From IMG/VR virus record IMGVR_UViG_3300009702_000016, positions 64,001 to 128,000 of that record: a stretch of DNA of 64,000 nt. One strand, 5' to 3'. The stretch is from a virus. Within the stretch, counting starts at the first letter, position 1, and each line of letters begins with the position of its first letter. Positions 7,613-15,700 of the stretch are shown piece after piece. The position numbers were made by a program, and so were the translations under genes. Under the pieces are notes generated by a model that did not search any database, was not told the DNA's origin, and worked only from the letters and a program-made list of their open reading frames with translations.

Positions 7613-8998
7613 ATGGCTCCTAAAAAGAAAGCTGAAAAACTGTTCGTTTCCTCCATCGACGAGCTATCTGCCCTGGCTCTTGAGATTGGAAAGGACCTAG
7701 ATAATCCTCCGGTTAGCCTTGACCGTGGCTCCTATGTGGAAGGCACGATAAGCTTTGGGTCACTCATCTTAGATCTTCTCACGGGAGGTGGACTTCCTCC
7801 TGGAAAGGTGACTGACTTCTACGGACCTGAGGGCAGTGGAAAGTCTACATGCGCAGGACACCTGATTGCAAATGCTATCAGAGCCAAAGTTCCTGTCTTT
7901 TTCTTTGACCACGAGACTGCATCAGATGCGAAGTACTTTAGGGCTCTTGGGGTCAGGCTAAGATTGTCGGACGGTAGACGTAATCCATACTTTCACTACT
8001 ACCAGCCGAACACTGCGGACGACACCTACAAGACGATTGCTAGAATCCTTCGTAAGCTTCCAGATTACACTCCTACTCCTTCGGGTGGCCGTCCTCTTCC
8101 CCAGGTTTTGTTCGTGACAGATTCTGTTGCTTCCATGCTTTCTGGGTCTCTTGAGAACAACGAAGACAATGCACAGGCTGCATTGAGCGCCTCTGCTCAC
8201 TCTCGGTTTTTCCCGATGATCAAGGCGAAGATTGGAAGAAAAAACGTCTCCTACTTCTTCACGAACCAGACTCGGTTGAACCCCCGACAGAGGTTCGGAA
8301 GCCCAGAGTATGAACCAGGAGGCCAGGCGATCAAATTCTATCCTGATTTGAAGGTTAGGATGTCTGCTGTTAAGCAGCCTTTCATGGAGAGAAACCGTTC
8401 CATGAGGTTCATCAACATCAGCACGAAGAAGAACAAGCAGTTTCCTCCTTTTTTGGAGTGTAAGGAGATGCTTGCGGTTGCTTTTGGACGAGGATTCGAG
8501 CGTGGAAGGGACAGCTTAGGTTACCTCACGCTCACTGGACAGATTTCCAGAGTTAAGAAGCAGCGTCTAATCTCTTTAGAGACTGATGAGGACTACGAGT
8601 GGAACAACAATGCTTATTTCACTCCTGATTTGATGCGTGTTCTATGCTCGAACTCGTTTCGTGGTGCTTGTCGTAAGCAGCTGGAGTCTAACGTGGCTTA
8701 CTCTCTGTTCTTTGCCGCTAACGACTGGGATTCCTTGTACACGTTTGATGAGGAGGCAGCTTTCGATGACCTAGACGACGCCGTGTCTCCTGCTACGTCA
8801 GATGCTTTCGATTATGGGGAAGCGGAAGAAGCACCCACAGCTCCAAAGAAGAAGAGGGGAAGGAAGAAGAAGGCTGTAGTCGAGGCTGAGGAGGAAGTGG
8901 AAGAAGCACCCCCAGCCCCAAAGAAGCGGAGAAGGAAGAGGAGGGCTGTAGTCGAGGCCGAGGAGCCTGCGTCTGAGTCAGAGGAGGCTTCGGAATAG
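7613..8998 (+). CDS. recA: RecA/UvsX-like recombinase with a duplicated charged C-terminal tail
   Basis: ISFGSLILDLLTGGGLPPGKV.DFYGPEGSGKST (Walker A), FFDHE, FVTDSVASM (Walker B), FTNQTR, PGGQAIKFY. Confidence 0.95.
   Translation: MAPKKKAEKLFVSSIDELSALALEIGKDLDNPPVSLDRGSYVEGTISFGSLILDLLTGGGLPPGKVTDFYGPEGSGKSTCAGHLIANAIRAKVPVFFFDHETASDAKYFRALGVRLRLSDGRRNPYFHYYQPNTADDTYKTIARILRKLPDYTPTPSGGRPLPQVLFVTDSVASMLSGSLENNEDNAQAALSASAHSRFFPMIKAKIGRKNVSYFFTNQTRLNPRQRFGSPEYEPGGQAIKFYPDLKVRMSAVKQPFMERNRSMRFINISTKKNKQFPPFLECKEMLAVAFGRGFERGRDSLGYLTLTGQISRVKKQRLISLETDEDYEWNNNAYFTPDLMRVLCSNSFRGACRKQLESNVAYSLFFAANDWDSLYTFDEEAAFDDLDDAVSPATSDAFDYGEAEEAPTAPKKKRGRKKKAVVEAEEEVEEAPPAPKKRRRKRRAVVEAEEPASESEEASE
8824..8965 (+). 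repeat. Tandem ~70-bp duplication in the recA 3' end
   Basis: GGAAGAAGCACCC...GGCTGTAGTCGAGGC.GAGGAG occurs twice, encoding EEAPxAPKK[KR]...AVVEAEE. Confidence 0.85.
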
Positions 8999-9000
8999 CC

Positions 9001-9618
9001 ATGCCATCGGACTCCTCACCAGTTACGGATCTGATACGGGACGGTAGGTTGTCGAAGGATCCAGGTGCAGTTGTTGACCCTGTCATCTACGATCCCACAA
9101 CTGGAAAGCCAGTCGAATATGGGAACAGTGACCCTAATGTTATCGGAGCTGATGACAAAGTAGAGTTTCATGTACGCACAGAGTCCGATTACCCAGACCT
9201 CCCCCCTGAGGTGAGAGATGCGGAGATAAAGTACATACTTCCCTTTGCCCAACACATAGCGGACCAGATTGGTATAACTGTTATTGATGAGTTCTCCTAT
9301 GAGAAGATGCTTGATGCTTTGCGGTCTCGCTTCCTCTTTGTCATCATCAATCTTAGGGGGACCCGAATTAGCGACGGGATTGCTTCTTGGATTGGCCTCG
9401 TGATCATGTGCAAGAAGCATCCAGTAGTCACAGTGCAGTTCAAGATGAGGTTGTCTACACGTCAGATAGGAATCTATCGAGTAAAGACGTGGGAAAAAGC
9501 AAGAAAAAGGTATGTTATGCACGGTGACCAGAGTGGTGCGTCGTTTCTATCTAGGGAGGAGGCAACGGCTCTCATATTCAACTACCTTCATACTGAGGGT
9601 GTGGTTCCTGGAATATGA
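9001..9618 (+). CDS. Hypothetical protein
   Basis: 205-aa ORF between recA and the SbcD-like gene; ATGA overlap downstream. Confidence 0.75.
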   Translation: MPSDSSPVTDLIRDGRLSKDPGAVVDPVIYDPTTGKPVEYGNSDPNVIGADDKVEFHVRTESDYPDLPPEVRDAEIKYILPFAQHIADQIGITVIDEFSYEKMLDALRSRFLFVIINLRGTRISDGIASWIGLVIMCKKHPVVTVQFKMRLSTRQIGIYRVKTWEKARKRYVMHGDQSGASFLSREEATALIFNYLHTEGVVPGI

Positions 9619-10655
9619 CCACCTTTGTGCACACAGGAGATCTGCACTTTGGGTCGAATAGGTACCTGGGGGACCATCTTTCTCGACAAGAGGAGATGTT
9701 TGACTCCATCTTTGACGTAGCCTATGCCAAAAACATAGAGACGGTAGTTATCGCTGGAGATATCTTCGATGATTCGGAGTCGATGTCACGCTCTGAGATT
9801 GAGATGGTATCCCGTAAGTTTCTGGAGTACGACTCCGCAGGGTTTCGCATCCTAGTCATCCCTGGAAATCATGATCTGGTTGACACTACGGGGCACACCG
9901 CAATTCATTTCTTGTCTCTACTTTCCCAGCATGGCCGGTTCAGAAAATCGGTAGTAACCGAAACTACCTCCTACGTTACTGTGGACGACACTACGTTTTG
10001 TCTTCTTTGCCACCGTAAAGGGTGCTTCCAGGAGGATAGCGTTCAGGCCGCTCTTGACTACCAGGAGGCCTCCCTAACTATGCCAAGCAAGAGCTTTGTC
10101 ATGGTCGCGCATGAGACGATTAGGGGGTCCCAGACAGAGATTAGGTCAAAATACGGAACGTATCGAAAGCTTGATTTCGGAGACAGTATTCCAGAGGTGG
10201 ATCTACCCATAACCTACTGGGCATTGGGGGATATTCATAAGGTACAGGCAGTTTCGGAGAACGCTTTTTATCCGGGATCTCCTATCCAGCTTAAGTTCGG
10301 AGAGGGGTGGCCGAAGGGTGTGCTGGTCGTGGACACCGACAACCCAACAGATCCTGAGTTCGTTCCTATTTCGTCAAACCAGTTAGTAAAAGCTAAGGCA
10401 GGGGATGATATACCCGATGGGGCTTACGTAAAGTTCATTGCTTCCTCTAAGGAGGAGTCTATAAGTTCAAAGTCCCTTCCGAATGTTGTAAAAGTAGAGT
10501 ACCGTTCCAACGTGGAGGAACTATCAGTGGACGCCGAAGACTCGATTAGAGAGAAGTTACTCTCTGGAGTTACCCAGCTGGGTGCTACGGAGGAGGAACT
10601 CTCTTTGGCTGAGGAGGAAATCGATTCTCTTCTACGGGAGCACGCAGATGCTTGA
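9615..10655 (+). CDS. SbcD/Mre11 (T4 gp47-like) metallophosphoesterase nuclease
   Basis: HTGDLHFG, IAGDIFD, IPGNHD, VAHE, YWALGDIHK, YPGSP, KGVLVVD. Confidence 0.92.
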   Translation: MTTFVHTGDLHFGSNRYLGDHLSRQEEMFDSIFDVAYAKNIETVVIAGDIFDDSESMSRSEIEMVSRKFLEYDSAGFRILVIPGNHDLVDTTGHTAIHFLSLLSQHGRFRKSVVTETTSYVTVDDTTFCLLCHRKGCFQEDSVQAALDYQEASLTMPSKSFVMVAHETIRGSQTEIRSKYGTYRKLDFGDSIPEVDLPITYWALGDIHKVQAVSENAFYPGSPIQLKFGEGWPKGVLVVDTDNPTDPEFVPISSNQLVKAKAGDDIPDGAYVKFIASSKEESISSKSLPNVVKVEYRSNVEELSVDAEDSIREKLLSGVTQLGATEEELSLAEEEIDSLLREHADA

Positions 10656-10944
10656 GGACCCAGATTTTACTCCTGTTTGGGAGGCGTTGAACTCTGGTCA
10701 TGTTCTTCTTCTGGTTGACACTCATTTTTCCCCCGACCCAAGTAAGGAAGACGCAGGAACATACGATATTGATGTGTTTGAGTCTAGGTTGGAAACGGTG
10801 CACGAGTGGTTTCTTTCCGTAATTTCTGAAGTTATAAGTCATGTTGACTTTCGAATGAAGAATAACGCTATACTGAGTGTGAGACCCCTATTGCCCATTC
10901 CTGGGATCTCCTCTTGTGGAACAAAGGTGATGGTGCTGCGATGA
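10648..10944 (+). CDS. Hypothetical protein
   Basis: ATG at 10648 after GGAG, within ORF 10582..10944. Confidence 0.6.
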   Translation: MLEDPDFTPVWEALNSGHVLLLVDTHFSPDPSKEDAGTYDIDVFESRLETVHEWFLSVISEVISHVDFRMKNNAILSVRPLLPIPGISSCGTKVMVLR

Positions 10945-11525
10945 CTGACTCTATTCCTTCTATGCCTGCCGCTTGGCAAACTTTGGCCTTGGAGTACAGG
11001 GAGGCACCTGCGATACAAATAGCACTGACGTCGTCTTCTAAGCCCCGGCTAAAGGCAGATTTATCCCTGATAAGGGAGCTTTCTCATGCCTTTCCTTTTC
11101 TTCGTGAGGAGGACAAAGCAACTATGTCTATTCGGGGACCTTCCGACCTGTCCCGAGCGCTAGGTACTGCCTCAGAGCTTCAGTCACTGAAAGACAGGGC
11201 AGCTGAGATCACGTTGATCTACAGTAACATGCTTTCTCACCTGGAGAGGCTTCGAGATGTGATAAACACTCATGTGCTCCTACAGCCAGAAGTCCTAAAG
11301 ATGAAGAACGCAGGGCAGAGGACCGCAATTGTGTCTCTAGTTTGTCCCGACTTAGATGACAGGCTGTCCAGAGTTAAGAGGGTGTTGTCTGCCGCGTCAA
11401 CTGTCTCCAAGAACATTAACCAAAGCTACAACATCCTTAAGCTTCAGATTGAGGTTGTAAAGGAGATGATGTATGAGGGAGGCCTAACTAACGTTGGTCG
11501 AGTAAAGGACAGGGAAAGGGTATGA
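10941..11525 (+). CDS. Helical hypothetical protein (possible recombination mediator)
   Basis: ATGA overlap; amphipathic helical sequence in a recombination context. Confidence 0.65.
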   Translation: MTDSIPSMPAAWQTLALEYREAPAIQIALTSSSKPRLKADLSLIRELSHAFPFLREEDKATMSIRGPSDLSRALGTASELQSLKDRAAEITLIYSNMLSHLERLRDVINTHVLLQPEVLKMKNAGQRTAIVSLVCPDLDDRLSRVKRVLSAASTVSKNINQSYNILKLQIEVVKEMMYEGGLTNVGRVKDRERV

Positions 11526-12145
11526 CGGAAGAGGATCAGCAAGAAGAGCAAGAGGTTGCTGACGATTCGGTTTCATCGATCTCTGAACTCCTAGCAAAGT
11601 CTAGGACCTCAAGGTCCCGTTCCTTTGATTCTAGTTTGGATTCCTCTATCGCTATCCGGTCTCAGATCATGGCCAGGATACAGAAGTTTGAGTATCAGCT
11701 ATCCTTGATACCTGACAAGTCTTATCTTGACGAAAAAGGAAGAGAAGTTCATCCAGTTCCAGAGTTGGTAGAGGAGGGAAGGACTGACCTTAGGCTCTCT
11801 TTCTATTCGGAACTCAACAACTTGTTTACCTCCTTGAGAGAGGAGGGACAGCTAACTACTAGTGCGTACGAAGAGGCTGTGTACCTTCTCATTTTGGATA
11901 GGATGAGAAGGAGCTTCGGTTACTATCAGGCTCTGGCCAGAGCAGATGCTGAGATCAGTAGACGCAACGCCGACATTGGGGATGCCTCTGCTCTCACTCT
12001 TGCGGTATCAGACATTCAAGCTATATTGTCTAAGTTAGATGATATCGATTTCACTAGGAGTTTGTGTGTTAGCCTGGGAATGGACTCTGGTGACACTGAA
12101 GAGATAATTAAGTGTATGATTCATAAGGAGTTCTCCCGAAAGTGA
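11522..12145 (+). CDS. Hypothetical helical protein
   Basis: 207 aa with ATGA overlap. Confidence 0.7.
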   Translation: MTEEDQQEEQEVADDSVSSISELLAKSRTSRSRSFDSSLDSSIAIRSQIMARIQKFEYQLSLIPDKSYLDEKGREVHPVPELVEEGRTDLRLSFYSELNNLFTSLREEGQLTTSAYEEAVYLLILDRMRRSFGYYQALARADAEISRRNADIGDASALTLAVSDIQAILSKLDDIDFTRSLCVSLGMDSGDTEEIIKCMIHKEFSRK

Positions 12146-12687
12146 CCTCTCCGAAGTTAGTCTACGTGGGTTATCCCTCCCTGTACTCTTCTCCTCCTTC
12201 CTGGGTCAATGACTTGTGCAAGGAAGAGCAGCAAGGGGGAGAGGATTACCCTTATCTGTTTTTTCTGTCTGGTGGAGTTCCTACCCCTCGAATGCTTGGA
12301 CTCTTTGAGGACAAGACTGACATTCCGGTAACGGCTCAGAAAATCAGTTCGAAGGCTGCTTTTGGCCCCTCTAGACTGGTGGATCCGCTACTTTCGATGA
12401 GTTTGGCCGACGTATGGTCTGCTGTGCAAGAGAGCCCAGATAGTCCTGAGTTTAGAATTCTTCTAGACTTGTGGGCTATTTCTAGGTCCTACGCTTACCT
12501 TTTAGATATGAATGTTCCTGGCCGTGGCAGCACTGGAATTGGGTTATCCTACGCAAGTGGTGTGATCCCGGTCATGGGTGTTTGCGATAGCAGCATAGTG
12601 GACCCTTGGTACCAGTACTTCTCTGATGTACTTGTCAAGTCGCCAAGTGTTTCGTCTAGTTTACGGGTTTTTGTTCCTGACTGCTGA
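12142..12687 (+). CDS. Nucleoside 2-deoxyribosyltransferase-like fold, probably degenerate
   Basis: LVYVGYP...DLWAISRS..YLLDM...STGIGLSYA...IPVMGV...PW parallels the NDT motifs; the nucleophile Glu position is Gly. Confidence 0.45.
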   Translation: MTSPKLVYVGYPSLYSSPPSWVNDLCKEEQQGGEDYPYLFFLSGGVPTPRMLGLFEDKTDIPVTAQKISSKAAFGPSRLVDPLLSMSLADVWSAVQESPDSPEFRILLDLWAISRSYAYLLDMNVPGRGSTGIGLSYASGVIPVMGVCDSSIVDPWYQYFSDVLVKSPSVSSSLRVFVPDC

Positions 12688-12724
12688 GTACAACATTATC
12701 TACATCCACACCAAGAGGTAAGTT

Positions 12725-15700
12725 GTGCCGAGCAGCGGAGACGGAGAAAACAACAACAGAACGGTAACTGGGCCTTCCGCTCAAAACTTACCGGATCCTG
12801 GAACAGATGCTCAGACTTCTACGGTTGTGTCTCCTGGCTTGCCTGGTGACCCTGCCGCTCCGTCTCCTCCTGCCGTTGTTGATAACACCCCTACTGCTTC
12901 TGGAGACACCCCTCGGCGGACACGTACAGCTGCACAGTTAGAGGCTGAGGATGCTATTCGCGATAGCTCCTCTACGGCAGACTCGGAAGTTGCTAGAGTA
13001 GGACAAGCTCCCCACTATTTTGCTGAGCAGATCCACCAGGCATTTTATCACGAGGCTATTGTCTATATTGAGGGAGAGGATGTAAGCCCATTTCTCGTAG
13101 GCTCCATCTCTGTTTCCTACGGATTTGGAAACGACCCAAATAGTTGTGAGTTATCCCTCGATAATGCGGGTCACAGGTTCACTATCACTCCTGAGAACCT
13201 GAAGGGAGAGTTTAGGCGTACCTCCCCAGTTGAGCAGTTTGGTCCCATAGACTATGATGAGACCGTTAAATCGAACATGTACGCCCGAAAGGGCAGCAGT
13301 GCGATCAATCCAGTAGACCCTGATTCGGGTGGAAGGAGATTCCCACTACATTTGTGGGGTTCGATATTTCACAAGTATGACTCAATTCGAGTGTGGATCC
13401 ATAATCCTGCGTCAGAGAACGATGAGTGGATACCTGTTTTCACTGGGTTTATCGTTTCCAAGCCAACGACTGAGGACTACATCAAGGGACTCAGCGTTGT
13501 CAAGGTAAGCTGTAAGGACATCAGGCATTTGATGCAGAGGATGCGTGTTAATAAGAACACGATGTTGACCACGTACCAGACGACTGGAGCAGGAGCAGAC
13601 CCTACCAACCAAAACAGTATATCAAACCTTAACATGTTCCATACTCGTGACTCAAGAACATCTACTGCTCAGTTCTCAGACTCTTCAAATAGAAGCTTTA
13701 GCGAGGGATTCTTTTCGGATGTCGTTCGGGGGTCTAACTTTGAGAATCCTTGGACGTCACTGACTCTTCCAAACCTCATTGCTACCCTTACTTTCCTCCC
13801 AGAGAGAGCGTCGCAGTCCTTGTTGTCCTCAAGGGATACGGCGGTTCAACACGAAAACAGCACGCAGGATCGTCGGGTCCTTGTGGCCGCTGCTCGTGAA
13901 CTTCAACCTCTGCAGGCAAAGGTGGAAGCAAACGGACTGGATTCCTTGAGTGATACAGAGAGAGAACGGTACAACACTACTTCCTCAGTTCTTACTCAGG
14001 CCTCAGCTTCCACGGGAGATATAGCCAAGATCATAAATGGAACGTTTAGGCCCCACGATCAGAGCGAAGACAATGCTGCCGATACGGCAAATGCTACCAC
14101 AGAGGCTTCCGCGACCACAGGGTCTACCACAGGCAGGACGACTAATATCGCAGACCGTTCGGAGGGAATGTCACATGGGTCTGGACGAATCGGTCGTATG
14201 CGTCCGGGTGTTTTCCCCTGGCGCGGATCTTTGTTTGGGGACCCTCCTCGTCCCTACTATCGTGAGCATAGATTCCCTCAGTCTTCTACTACATCGAGTC
14301 ATAATACGGGGTACTATGCTGCAGTAGCTGAGCACATGGAGAAATGGTACAACCTGTGTTTCTTCAGTACTCCCCTTCGTCACGATTCCAGTCTTCTTAG
14401 CCTGGAGTATGTACCATTCTCCTCCACCCCGACTCAAACAGGGGTGTCTGTATCAGATTCGGCTCCTGACTATTCCGCAGAAAACAGGAGATACTGGACA
14501 GAGTCGGAGGTTCGTGCTGCAGGCATGAGAATCACTCGGGAAGGTGCCTGGCACCCTTCAGCGCAGGCGGTCCACTTTTTGTCTCCAGGTACTTCCACCC
14601 CAGCAGAGATGTTGTGGGACCAGAAGGTTATTTCGAGCACGCCGACCTCTCAGAACCCTAACTGGTCCAACCGCTTAGCAATTTTGTCGGAGGCTTGCAA
14701 AACAGCCGACTACCGTTTCTGGGTTAGTGGTGCCGGGGACCTCATATTTGAGTTTGCACAGTACGATTTCTCTCCTAAAGACTATGGTGCGTGGGAGAAT
14801 GTACTTACTTTGGACCATCATCTTAAGAATGAGTCTCTGGATGATGAGGGAGGAGAGATTAAGACAGGAATGTCCGTTACTGGATCTATAACTCAGCATG
14901 CATCCATTGACGAATCAGGAATAACTACCCTTCATCCCATTACTACAGTAGGTGTGTGGAGTCCAAATCTTGCGAGTAGGCTCGGTATTGATATTGCTGT
15001 TCGCTCTTATCCACAAATCAATGACCCAAATCGGTTGGAGCAGATTGCTACATTGGAGTTTCAAAAAGCTCTTGCTGTTGCTGACAAGTATTCGATATCG
15101 TTGGCATTTAGGCCTTGGGTTATTCTAAACCGACCAATCTTCAATAGCTATAGAGCCCGTTACGCTTTAGTAGACGGTGTTCGGTGGACGTATCCGGTCA
15201 CTGCTGGTGAGATGGCGGGCCACACGGCACCTACGATGCAGCTTTCCCTAAACTACACCCGGAGTTTAGATGAAGTAGGGGTTCCTCGGTACATTACGGG
15301 TGGTCCTTCCAACGCCATGTACTTTGCTCGTCCTGCGAATAGTTCGGCATCCCGTAACTACCTTACCTCAACAACAGCTAGACTTAGAACTTTTGCTTCG
15401 GCACTTCACACTATTTCTACAACGGGGGAACTGACACAACAGCAGCGGGACGTTCTTCGTGACCGCTATCGTGCTGTATTCCCAGCAGGCCAGAACGTCT
15501 ACAATGTTGTCTCTTCTCTGCTTCTTACGTCTGGAACACAGCCCCCAGGAGAGGAGGACCCCCGAATCACAGCTCTCCGTAGCATAGAAGCAGACATTGA
15601 GGAGCTTACACAGCACCCCGGAGCCTTTACTGAGCAAGAGACTCTAGCTCGTTTGCAGGACTTGGAGTCAAGGTCTTCTGCCCTTGCTCGTAGCCTGGAG

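Noticed and set aside
6660-8998. NLS-like motifs as evidence for a eukaryotic virus
   Set aside because: Sigma70, DnaG-type primase, Shine-Dalgarno motifs, coupled operons and an M23 peptidase all indicate a bacterial host.
7613-8998. Intein or intron in recA (also considered for primase and SNF2)
   Set aside because: RecA motif spacing is normal; no C...HN splice junctions or homing-endonuclease motifs were seen, including in the SNF2 insert.
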